Shown piece after piece: positions 48,458-57,839 of a DNA stretch of 64,000 bases. A model generated the notes under the pieces. That model was not told the origin of the DNA and made no database searches. It saw only the letters and a program-made list of their open reading frames with translations. Source of the DNA: a virus (Duplodnaviria > Caudoviricetes); the IMG/VR virus record IMGVR_UViG_3300033067_002581, positions 90,908-154,907 of that record. One strand, given 5' to 3'. Position numbers and translations under genes: made by a program. Each line of letters opens with the position of its first letter. The first letter of the stretch is position 1.

Positions 48458-49986
48458 TCAGCTCGTTAAATTCGCTTGATAAGCACATCGCTGAGGGGAC
48501 ATCAGAGCATCTGCTCTCGACGACCAGTCGATACAGACCAGATCAGCTGCAAAGATCTCAGCTCCGGCGAATGATCGTGCTTGATGTCATCACCGATCCA
48601 AAATTGCTGAGTGAAGCGTTTATCGCCAAGATGGAACACGAGTTGGGTCTTCGTCAGGCGAGCCTGCTAAGATCAGTTCCACGAGACTCTGTCATAGCGA
48701 TCTCACTTAGGAGCAACGTTGAGCCCGAGTCATCACCACCGATACTGTTGCTTCCGATGCTGAGTCACGTACGAATGCCGATCCGCCCGGGTGAGCATGT
48801 TTTTGCCATGCTCGATGACGTTGAGGATATCGGATCTGTCGGATACTGGTTGTCAAGAGTGCCATCGGTCGATCACGTTGATGACCCGAACATCATGCAT
48901 CATCCGAGAGAGCACGATACGTCATTCGCGCAAGATATAAGAGACCTTGATAAGGTACCACGCTATGACTTCAGCAACAGCGTACTTGATCGTGATGGTA
49001 TTTCTATCGGAGAGACGTCAACGTTGCTTGGAGATGAAACAGCGTATGAATCGCTTGTGACTGGTTCACTAGCTGGCGGGCTTCGAGTGATCGAGCCTAC
49101 ACCGAGGTATTTTCGTAGGGTTGATGATTTAGCGCTTGAAGGAGCGCGTGGCGCGCTCGTTGTCATAGGCTCTGAGCGCTCAGGCGCAGCCTATAAGGCT
49201 GGCGACGTTCCGTCTCGTTTTGATGAGGATCAGCCTGCAAGCGCCGCGATACACCTTTCTGTCGGTCGGGCCCGCGATGATAAAAAGATAAAATCCGTTC
49301 AGAACTCGCTCGGCCTGTTTGAGAACGCCAAGGACAGATCGTCACTTAGCGCCTCTGAGGGAGATCCTGATTTCGTCAGTGATGGTGCGTATATTCACGT
49401 ATCATCGCGCTCGTCAATCGATAGATTGGTGAATCTAGGCGAGCCAGCTGTGAAGCTTGGTACTGGTGTCGCGGCTGTCATCGCGTTGAAGGCTGATGAT
49501 CTGCGTATCTTCTCGCGTCGCAGCGCGCGGATATCTGTGATCGGCTCAAAAAAACGCGATGATGGGACACTGGCCGATGACGAGCGCGATGATACGTTTT
49601 CTGACATCTGCGTGAGCGGAGAGTCAGGAGACGCTAGCGTGTTGATAGCTCGAGACATCGCACTAAAATCAGGTAGAGACGCATCCATGTCATCAAGGCG
49701 CCTTAGCGTAAAGGCGTCAGATTCGATCGCGTTTGATGCAGATAAAATCTCTGTCGGTGGTGACAAACACCCAGCTCCAGCGTTTGATACGTTCTGTTCC
49801 TCGCTCGCTGATATGATAGACGCGTTAACTAAAGCCCTTAGCGCTGGCACGTCTGGATCACCTGCCGCGCAAAAGCTAAATGGTGCCGAGGCGTTCGCGA
49901 TCGCAGCGCAGACATTTATCACAAATCTGCGCTCAGTTTCTAACGCAGCTGGTCCGTTCGCGTCTCAGAAAGTGAAGAACGGATGA
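48454..49986 (+). CDS. Baseplate hub/spike protein, gp5-like
   Basis: P..PGEHV....GYW OB-fold-like segment, DLALEG.RG beta-repeat-like region, SQKV C-terminus; precedes gp25- and gp6-like genes. Confidence 0.6.
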   Translation: MISSLNSLDKHIAEGTSEHLLSTTSRYRPDQLQRSQLRRMIVLDVITDPKLLSEAFIAKMEHELGLRQASLLRSVPRDSVIAISLRSNVEPESSPPILLLPMLSHVRMPIRPGEHVFAMLDDVEDIGSVGYWLSRVPSVDHVDDPNIMHHPREHDTSFAQDIRDLDKVPRYDFSNSVLDRDGISIGETSTLLGDETAYESLVTGSLAGGLRVIEPTPRYFRRVDDLALEGARGALVVIGSERSGAAYKAGDVPSRFDEDQPASAAIHLSVGRARDDKKIKSVQNSLGLFENAKDRSSLSASEGDPDFVSDGAYIHVSSRSSIDRLVNLGEPAVKLGTGVAAVIALKADDLRIFSRRSARISVIGSKKRDDGTLADDERDDTFSDICVSGESGDASVLIARDIALKSGRDASMSSRRLSVKASDSIAFDADKISVGGDKHPAPAFDTFCSSLADMIDALTKALSAGTSGSPAAQKLNGAEAFAIAAQTFITNLRSVSNAAGPFASQKVKNG

Positions 49987-50432
49987 CGATCTCGTTTAAG
50001 AGCGTTGGCAAGACAGTTGACGATCTGCTGTCAGAGCAGCTAGCGGCTGTCAGGACGCCGATCGGCCCAATAACGCCGCTGCGGCTATCTTCTTCTGGCG
50101 TTGATGCATTTGCGATGAATTATTCTATCGCAGATAACATACACGATAACCTGCGAAATCTGCTGCTCACCAATAGAGGTGAGAGGCTAGCGTTGACTGA
50201 TTACGGCGCAAACTTGCTTCCTCTTGCGTCAGAGTATGCTGACGCAGAGGCGTTTGATGCAGAGGTCGTGCAAAGAATAAAGGCAGCGGTGGCGAAATGG
50301 ATGCCGTTCATAGACCTTGACACGTATTCATCTGAGTTCAGAGCCGGAGCTGTGTTTCTATCAATCTCGTATAACGTGCTCGCGATCGGAGTTACCGATC
50401 GCAAACTGCAGATCGAGCTTCGCGTGACATGA
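49983..50432 (+). CDS. gp25: Baseplate wedge subunit, gp25/GPW-like
   Basis: IHDNLRNLLLTNRGERL...YGANL, I..AVAKWMPFI. Confidence 0.9.
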   Translation: MTISFKSVGKTVDDLLSEQLAAVRTPIGPITPLRLSSSGVDAFAMNYSIADNIHDNLRNLLLTNRGERLALTDYGANLLPLASEYADAEAFDAEVVQRIKAAVAKWMPFIDLDTYSSEFRAGAVFLSISYNVLAIGVTDRKLQIELRVT

Positions 50433-50442
50433 CGTGACTCAC

Positions 50443-50448
50443 TACTTA
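50443..50448 (+). promoter_or_regulatory. Candidate late promoter TAnTTA (TACTTA)
   Basis: In the 21-bp gap before the gp6-like gene. Confidence 0.35.
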
Positions 50449-50453
50449 AGAGT

Positions 50454-52274
50454 GTGAACTCGCTACAGCAAGTCGTCCCAAGAAGATACACGTCAAAAGA
50501 CTTTGACGCTTATAGAGCAGAGGCCTTTGAGCACGCTCGCACGTTTTTCGGCAAAAAGATAAAAGATCTGAGCGAATCAGGCCTTGGGGGCTTGATGATA
50601 GACACCTGCGCGATGGTTGGTGATTCGCTGTCGTTTTATCTCGATCATCAGTTTGGTGAGCTAGATCCACAGACTGCCGTAGAAACAAAAAATCTACAGC
50701 GCCTGGCGCGAGCGGCTGGTGTGAAACTCTCTGGCGCGTCGCCATCATACGTGAACGATCAGCGATTTTTCGTCAAGGTGCCAGCGATAAGAGCGGAAGG
50801 CGCATACCAACCAGACTACACGTTGCTTCCTGTCATCAAAGCTGGCGCTGTGATCTCAGATGGAACGACTGATTTCACTCTTTTAGAAGACGTCGATCTG
50901 TCTGTGACTGGTAGTGATGGATCGCTTACGTCTCTGACAAAAATAGCTGACAGAACAGCTGACGGCTCACCAAAATCATTCGTTGTGAGCCAGACTGGCG
51001 TGTGTTCGTCAGGTAGAGAGGTTGATGAACCGTTCTCTGTCGGAGCGACGTTTGTTCCGTTCAGGCAGGTCACGCTATCTCGACAGGATATCACGCAGAT
51101 CACATCAGTCGTAGACAGCGCGGGAAACACGTATTACGAGGTCGGCTCTCTCACTCACGACACCGTGTATCTGTCAAGAGATAATGCGTCTGATGACGTT
51201 CCAGCGACGATCATCCCAACGCCAGCGCCTTACAGGTTTGTGAGTCAGTATGATCCAGCGACGCGCCTCACGACGCTTGTGTTTGGCGGTGGATCGGCGC
51301 TTACGCTCGATTCTGATGCAACGCCAGATCCGTCAACGTTTGCTTTACCATTTCGTGGCAAGCGAGTGTTCGATCGCGTCTCTGTGACGCCAGAGAAGCT
51401 CCTCCAGACAAAGACACTAGGGATAGCAGCGACAAACGTTACGCTGACAGTCTCGTACCGTTGTGGAGGTGGCCTGTCACATAACGCGATCGCCGGCAAG
51501 ATATCAAGCGTCAAGACAGCGAGGCTGATCTTTCCATCATCATCATCTCCTGCGCTCACGGCGGCTGTCAAATCGACGCTCGTCACGAGCAATGATTCCG
51601 CTGCAGGCGGCGGTGAAGATCCACTGACGATTGAGATGATGCGAGCCGTGATATCAGCCGCTCGCGCATCTCAGGACAGGATCGTGACGAAGGAGGACCT
51701 GATCGCCAGGGTATACTCGATGCCATCTCAATTCGGTCGCGTCTTTCGTGTCGGGGTCGGTGATGATTCACTGAACCCAGGCGCATCCCAGCTGTTTGTG
51801 GTGTCAAGAGACAGCGACGCGCTGCTATGTCAGTCACCAGATTCGCTCAAGCAAAACATGGTGAAGTGGTTGAACCCTCATCGCCTCATAGCTGACGCGA
51901 TCGAGATACGTGATGCTATCATCATCAACCTGCGAGTCCGGTTCGAGATCACGGTGTCAGCGGGTCTGAACAAGTCAGTGATCGTGAACAGAGCCGCCGC
52001 GGCGTTAGCTGAGGCGATGTCAAGTGATGCAAGCAACATAAATCAGACAATCTCGATCGACGCGTTAAAGAGCACGCTTTTTAGCGTCACAGGTGTCGCA
52101 GCCGTGTCGTCGTTATCACTAGCGTCTGTGTCAGGTGACGTTAGCGGCCGAACGTATCCCGGACAGCTATTTGACGTCATCGCTCAGACAAGAAAAGGCG
52201 TGCTGATCCCACCTCTTGGTGGGATTTTTGAACTACGATACCCAGACGTTGACGTGATCGGAAGGGCAACATAA
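50454..52274 (+). CDS. gp6: Baseplate wedge subunit, T4 gp6/baseplate J-like
   Basis: YTSKDFD, GDSLSFYLD, FGGG, SYR.GGG, AGGGEDP, SQDRIVTKED, IFELRYP. Confidence 0.88.
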   Translation: MNSLQQVVPRRYTSKDFDAYRAEAFEHARTFFGKKIKDLSESGLGGLMIDTCAMVGDSLSFYLDHQFGELDPQTAVETKNLQRLARAAGVKLSGASPSYVNDQRFFVKVPAIRAEGAYQPDYTLLPVIKAGAVISDGTTDFTLLEDVDLSVTGSDGSLTSLTKIADRTADGSPKSFVVSQTGVCSSGREVDEPFSVGATFVPFRQVTLSRQDITQITSVVDSAGNTYYEVGSLTHDTVYLSRDNASDDVPATIIPTPAPYRFVSQYDPATRLTTLVFGGGSALTLDSDATPDPSTFALPFRGKRVFDRVSVTPEKLLQTKTLGIAATNVTLTVSYRCGGGLSHNAIAGKISSVKTARLIFPSSSSPALTAAVKSTLVTSNDSAAGGGEDPLTIEMMRAVISAARASQDRIVTKEDLIARVYSMPSQFGRVFRVGVGDDSLNPGASQLFVVSRDSDALLCQSPDSLKQNMVKWLNPHRLIADAIEIRDAIIINLRVRFEITVSAGLNKSVIVNRAAAALAEAMSSDASNINQTISIDALKSTLFSVTGVAAVSSLSLASVSGDVSGRTYPGQLFDVIAQTRKGVLIPPLGGIFELRYPDVDVIGRAT

Positions 52275-52275
52275 C

Positions 52276-53763
52276 GTGATCAGGCACATAACATGCTCAG
52301 CTGACGCATACATCTCAACGAGAGTGATCGATGGTGCGACCGTGATGACAGGAAACACGGGACAGGCCGGCTCGCTAGACTTATACAAGCTGTATGGGCA
52401 GTCGCGCACGATCGTGTCAGGTTCCAGTCAGCCGAACGTAGAGCTGACGCGATTGCTGACGTCATTTGATGCATCATGGCTCTTGACGGCCTCGGCCGCG
52501 GGCAAGATCGATGTGAATCATGAATCGTTCAAGGCTACGCTAGTCATGCGTGACGCCTACGGTGGGCAGCCTTCACCGGATAACCTCGTGATAAGCGTCG
52601 CGCCGCTGTCGCGATCATTCACGGAAGGATATGGTAGGGACATAGTCTTCCTCAGCGACAATGATGCAGCGAACTGGCTGTCATCATCAGCTGGCATGGC
52701 GTGGCACGTTACGGGATGCGGTCTGATGGGCTTCGCACCAGCGAGCTGTGACTACTACACAGGGTCAGTCGATGGTTCACTCGTGTTCAACCAGACGCTA
52801 CGTGACGGCACTAGCGACCTATGTGTCGACATCACTCGAGCAGTTCGAGGAGTCTTAGTCGGAACATTACCAGAGCTGTCGTTTCGAGTGTCTCTGTCAG
52901 ACGCTGAGGAGGCTGATAACCTCAGCTATTTTGTAAAGAGATTCTCATCAAGGCACGCGTATGATGCGTCAAAGCGACCGCACGTTAGGATCGAATGGAA
53001 CTCGGCGACAACAGACGATACGCTGCTCGCGATCACAGACGCACCAGTTACATTATCAACAGCGTTTTATCACGGCGGAACTTTAACGAATGTGTCATCT
53101 GGTTCAGTCGTGATATCTGGGTCATCATGCATGCTGCTAACGCTATACAGCGGGTCATGGTCATCATCATACGCTGCGTCTCAGGTGTCTGGTGCCTCTG
53201 GTCGTGTGGTCGGGACATATGGCGCTACTGTGACTTTGTCATCAGACGATCCTATCATCGCGGCGCACCTTGTATCATCTGGCTCGTTCATCACGTCACT
53301 TCGGTGGTCATCACTTGGAGGTAGGACGCTTAGAGACACTGAGACAGTCACGTTCAAAACGGCTGATGATGGTGAGTCTCTGTCGATTGGCAGGCTGTCA
53401 GTGTCGTTCTTGAACTTGCGATCGAGATATCGCGATTGTGATCTGATCAGCGTGAAGCTTACGACGTTTGATCCTGTCAAAGTGTCAGCCTCGTTCGTTA
53501 AGAGACCCATAAAGGCTCCAAACACGCCTGTATCGAACTTGCATGTGGGTGTCATAGATGCGCTGACGAGTCGCGTCGTGGTGCGTCCACAGGCGTCAAC
53601 GCTCTCGACGCTTACGTCACTAACATCCACCGGTCACGAGTGGGAGATCCACGCGTCATGCATGGCGCCAGGAGGCAGTTACAGGCTGCAGTCATACGTC
53701 GTTGACGGCGACAACATCACACCAATAGGCGATCCGTCTGCGCCTTTCGCGGTTGACGCATGA
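52276..53763 (+). CDS. Ser/Gly-rich baseplate/virion protein
   Basis: DAYI...TRLLTSFD, FSSR...P...W pattern; many SGS motifs. Confidence 0.55.
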   Translation: MIRHITCSADAYISTRVIDGATVMTGNTGQAGSLDLYKLYGQSRTIVSGSSQPNVELTRLLTSFDASWLLTASAAGKIDVNHESFKATLVMRDAYGGQPSPDNLVISVAPLSRSFTEGYGRDIVFLSDNDAANWLSSSAGMAWHVTGCGLMGFAPASCDYYTGSVDGSLVFNQTLRDGTSDLCVDITRAVRGVLVGTLPELSFRVSLSDAEEADNLSYFVKRFSSRHAYDASKRPHVRIEWNSATTDDTLLAITDAPVTLSTAFYHGGTLTNVSSGSVVISGSSCMLLTLYSGSWSSSYAASQVSGASGRVVGTYGATVTLSSDDPIIAAHLVSSGSFITSLRWSSLGGRTLRDTETVTFKTADDGESLSIGRLSVSFLNLRSRYRDCDLISVKLTTFDPVKVSASFVKRPIKAPNTPVSNLHVGVIDALTSRVVVRPQASTLSTLTSLTSTGHEWEIHASCMAPGGSYRLQSYVVDGDNITPIGDPSAPFAVDA

Positions 53764-56700
53764 TCAATTCACGGAATCAAGACAGGTCTCGAGCGGCATA
53801 CGTCGATCCGAATCACGCGAGTGAGACGTTTTATTATGACGCTGACTCGTCAGGCGTCAGCTCGACGCAGCAGTTTCGCGTCGACTGGTCTGATTTTAAG
53901 AATCACGTCTTTTTCGGGTCAGCCACGGCTAACGTCAACGTCGCATTTGATAAGGCTATCAACGGGTATCCATATGATGGCACAAGAGAACAGGTCAAAA
54001 CGTTCGTATCAAAGCTGACTGGCTTCGAGCGTTGGATGCTATCAAGCATGCCTTCATGGGTCGGTCACATAAACCTGTCATCATCATACGCTGTCGTACA
54101 GGATTCATCTGGGATGGAGTTTGGCGGTAACGCTAGTGACGCCGAGACAGGTGCGCCGAAACTTTCACCGTCTACGGGATCGCTTAGCATAGAGTTCCTA
54201 TTGAACCCAGCGTCGCAGGCGAATCAGATAGTCGCTACGTCATCGGGATCCTCGTGCAGGTGGACTGTGTTTATCAGCGGCGCAGCCAGCCCTGCATCAT
54301 GCTCAGTTGGGTTCGCTGTCACGACTCAGAACGCGAACATGAGCACTGCGTGTCAGATCTCTCTCGGAACGTTCTCAAGCGTCTGTTGCGTATATGACAC
54401 GACTGACACGCTGACTCGGTTGCGTATCATCACGAATGGTACGCTCGCAGCGGTCTCTAGCGGATCGCTACTATCGTCTCTTGACACAACAGGTCAGTTA
54501 CTGATAGGATCTGGCTCGGCGTTTGCAGCCGCGACCTACGGTCAGATCACACCATCGCGAACGCTAACTGGTTCGATCGATGAGTTTAGACTGTGGAGAT
54601 ACGCGAGAGACGCAAGCTCCGTGAGAGCTGACATGACTCGCAACATCTTTGCTCAAGACGGTCTTGTCCTGTATTACAGGTTCAATGAGCCACCACCGCC
54701 ACTCATCAGCGGGTCCACGTCGTCTAGCATCGATTCGATACTTCTTGACAGCTCTGGAAACGCGCTGCATGGAACCGTCGTAAACTTCCTATCAAGCTGC
54801 AGAGCGACATCGTCGCAGGATAGCGGCACCATTGTTGGTGAACGCATAGCGTCATCACCCGTCCTGTTCCCGGAATATCCAGATTCGGTTTCATTCAGAG
54901 AGGCGTTGCTCTCGAGCGCATCGCTATACGACTCTCAGAACCCAAACAACATCCTGCGTCTGATACCAAGGCACTTTCTTGAAGAGGCTAGGGCGTACGA
55001 TGGCGCTTCTGATGCTGGCTCGCTTCACTTCGATTACTCGGGAGGCAGCGTCCCAGGCTCCAGCGTTCTTGGCTCGACGCAGCTGATGGTCTCGCTCATG
55101 TACACTATGGGCAGGTTCTTTGACGAACTGAAGATCGGCGTCGACCAGTTTTCTAGTGTGAATGATGCGTTTTATGATGAACCTGACACCGTGCCGGATT
55201 CGTTCATCTCTGACGCTATCTCGAAGCGTGGTTTTGATTCAATACCAGCGCTGTTCTCAGACGCGACTCTATCACAGTATGTCAGCGGAGATGACATCAG
55301 TTCAACAGCGCAGACGCCTGCTAGAGACGTCAGAAACACGCTCCTTCGCAGGTTTCTATCAAACGCTCCAGATATCATCGCGTCAAAAGGTACGATACAC
55401 AGCGTTGAGGCTTTGCTGCGAACGCTAGGCGTGAACCCAGGAGCGTCAGTCAGACTGAAAGAGCGATCGTCATATGGATCCGGTGAGCTTGAATCATCAT
55501 ATACGACTGACTCAGCAGTTGCTGGCATGATCGCCGTTCAGGACTCTGTCGTCTTGAGATCACTGCCACTTAGCGGTTCTCGCGTAGAGACTGGGTGGCC
55601 AGATCCTCAGGGATCGATGATCAAGAAATCAGCGTTCCCACCACACGGTATCTCATCATCACCATCTGATGGGTTGTATACGTCCGGTTCTTGGACGGCT
55701 GGCGCCACTGTGTGCTGGCCTTCTGGTTCTCTGCTGCTCAGCCAGAGTCTCTTTCGGCTGATGACTACCGGCTCTGACGGTCGGGCGTGCCTTGTGAACG
55801 TTATAGCGACAAGAGACGTATCAACTGATCATAGTGGTGCTGTGACGCTGTATGCATCATCAAACATAACCAGCGCGTCAGCGATCGGAAGCGTTTCAAT
55901 CTCTGGTGTGTCATTATTTGACGGTGCTACGAAACGAGTCGAAGTCTCATACGTTCGTCCAGATCGCGCGACAGCATCACATGTCTCATCATCGTACTCG
56001 CTTCGAGTGATCGCTGGCGAGTCACGCATGACGACACAGTCATTCTTCTTAGACGATCAGGTGTCAGCGTACCGCGTTGTCACATCATCATATAACGCAA
56101 GCGGCGCGTTTATCGAGATCGGAAACTCACCACTACCTGTGTTACCTGCGTTTGTTAACGCTGGACCACGCGAGGCGATCGTCACCAGCGCATCATTTTA
56201 CGTAGGTCATATCCAGTTTTGGTCAAAAGCGTCAGAGATGTCTGAGACGATCGCCAGAGCGACCAACTTCACCTCGTTCGCATCTACCGTTCCAGCGACA
56301 AATAGCGGAGCTCCAACGGCGGCGACTGGGTCGTATGAAAGGCTGAGGTTAGACGTCGCGTCAATGATGAATCAGAGTGAGAGGATCGCTGACTCGTCTG
56401 GATCGCTGCAACTGCTTGATGCTTCTGTTAGCGGACGCCACGTATATGTGACGGGTTTGACGTCTGGATCGGACGCGGGCAGAGCGATCGTGACCGACCG
56501 TGAGCGCGTCAGCACGTCATATGATGAATCTGTATCTACACAAAAGATCACGATCGCGTCTAGCGCATCACGAACACGCACCGGACTGCCTCGAGACACT
56601 CGATTCTCGATCGAGCTATCACTTGTTGAGGCACTCAGTCAGGCGATGCTCGATATGCTATCGAGCCCACAGGCGCTAGCTGATGCTATTGGAGGCGTTC

Positions 56701-57017
56701 CGGAGCAGATGTCTCCAGATTACCCGAAGCTTGACGCCTTAAGTGATGCATTTTTTACAAGGTTAAGCGCAAAGCTAGACTTCAGATCATACACGATAAC
56801 GTACAGGTGGTTAGAGAGTCTTGTCGGTTCGCTAGCTCGTCAGCTTATACCACGCCACGCTGTTTTCGGTGGAGCGACGTTTGTGATGGAGCCTCATGCT
56901 TTTGAGCGTGGTAAGGTCGAATATCGCGGTTCAGATCGCTTTCTAAGCATCGCGCCAGCGGATATCACGCGAGATTCACTATATCTTCAGCAGATCGTTG
57001 GAAGTGTTTCAAGATGA
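53760..57017 (+). CDS. Large baseplate protein (gp7/P2 gpI-like KGT motif) with LamG-like domains
   Basis: LTGSIDEFRLWRYAR, LVLYYRFNE, DSSGNALHG LamG motifs; SKGTIHSVEALLRTLG. Confidence 0.7.
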   Translation: MINSRNQDRSRAAYVDPNHASETFYYDADSSGVSSTQQFRVDWSDFKNHVFFGSATANVNVAFDKAINGYPYDGTREQVKTFVSKLTGFERWMLSSMPSWVGHINLSSSYAVVQDSSGMEFGGNASDAETGAPKLSPSTGSLSIEFLLNPASQANQIVATSSGSSCRWTVFISGAASPASCSVGFAVTTQNANMSTACQISLGTFSSVCCVYDTTDTLTRLRIITNGTLAAVSSGSLLSSLDTTGQLLIGSGSAFAAATYGQITPSRTLTGSIDEFRLWRYARDASSVRADMTRNIFAQDGLVLYYRFNEPPPPLISGSTSSSIDSILLDSSGNALHGTVVNFLSSCRATSSQDSGTIVGERIASSPVLFPEYPDSVSFREALLSSASLYDSQNPNNILRLIPRHFLEEARAYDGASDAGSLHFDYSGGSVPGSSVLGSTQLMVSLMYTMGRFFDELKIGVDQFSSVNDAFYDEPDTVPDSFISDAISKRGFDSIPALFSDATLSQYVSGDDISSTAQTPARDVRNTLLRRFLSNAPDIIASKGTIHSVEALLRTLGVNPGASVRLKERSSYGSGELESSYTTDSAVAGMIAVQDSVVLRSLPLSGSRVETGWPDPQGSMIKKSAFPPHGISSSPSDGLYTSGSWTAGATVCWPSGSLLLSQSLFRLMTTGSDGRACLVNVIATRDVSTDHSGAVTLYASSNITSASAIGSVSISGVSLFDGATKRVEVSYVRPDRATASHVSSSYSLRVIAGESRMTTQSFFLDDQVSAYRVVTSSYNASGAFIEIGNSPLPVLPAFVNAGPREAIVTSASFYVGHIQFWSKASEMSETIARATNFTSFASTVPATNSGAPTAATGSYERLRLDVASMMNQSERIADSSGSLQLLDASVSGRHVYVTGLTSGSDAGRAIVTDRERVSTSYDESVSTQKITIASSASRTRTGLPRDTRFSIELSLVEALSQAMLDMLSSPQALADAIGGVPEQMSPDYPKLDALSDAFFTRLSAKLDFRSYTITYRWLESLVGSLARQLIPRHAVFGGATFVMEPHAFERGKVEYRGSDRFLSIAPADITRDSLYLQQIVGSVSR

Positions 57018-57835
57018 AAACACAAAACTTTTTTACGCAGGACGACAAACCAGTCACATTTGATGACTCACTTCTTTTAAAGAATGAGTCATTGCTTAAA
57101 GCAAGTGATACGGCAGACAGTGATCCGCGACGACAGGGAGTGGAGATACGTACGCAATCACATTACGTTGCTGGTAATGTAAAGATCCTGTCTGGTGAGC
57201 GTGGCCACGCTGTCTCTGCACAAGCGTTCGGACAGGGCAACAGTGATAACAACGTTGTCTTCACACCATGGGCCGATGCTGGGCGCGTCGATCCGGTCTC
57301 ATACGTGAGGTTGTCTGGATGGCAGACTCCGTTTAGCGTGACAGACGGTGTAATGACGAGGCACGCTATCGATGGGTGCATTGATGTCACAGGCACCAGG
57401 CACTCAACTTCAACTATTGAAATCGTTGAGCGTCAGTATCGTGGTTTTCGCGGCACGCTTTCCGATGGCAATGAAACGCACGATCTTGACTCAGACGCTG
57501 TGAAAACGGTGGATGAATTCGGAGCTAAAAACGCGAGCGTTGCGTTTTATGATGGTGACGATCGCGACACGACTGTCAAAAAGAGCGTAAACAAGAGTGA
57601 GACGAGTTCATACTTTGATTCAGATGATGTCTCGTACGCTCTCTTTAATAAGGAATTCTGGCCGTCTGAGGCGCCTGTGTCGATAGACGTATCAGTCGTG
57701 ACGATCATCAAAAAGAATTCTATAAGAAGTGATACGTATGTGCAGTCATGGCAGCGTAGTGCCTGCGCAGGGTTTCAATACAGCTCACCTCAAGGGACCG
57801 ATTCAGTAGCGTTCGGTGAGATGACATATAGGTGA
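57014..57835 (+). CDS. Hypothetical virion-associated protein
   Basis: 273 aa ORF in tail operon, ends GTDSVAFGEM. Confidence 0.55.
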   Translation: MKTQNFFTQDDKPVTFDDSLLLKNESLLKASDTADSDPRRQGVEIRTQSHYVAGNVKILSGERGHAVSAQAFGQGNSDNNVVFTPWADAGRVDPVSYVRLSGWQTPFSVTDGVMTRHAIDGCIDVTGTRHSTSTIEIVERQYRGFRGTLSDGNETHDLDSDAVKTVDEFGAKNASVAFYDGDDRDTTVKKSVNKSETSSYFDSDDVSYALFNKEFWPSEAPVSIDVSVVTIIKKNSIRSDTYVQSWQRSACAGFQYSSPQGTDSVAFGEMTYR

Positions 57836-57839
57836 ACGT

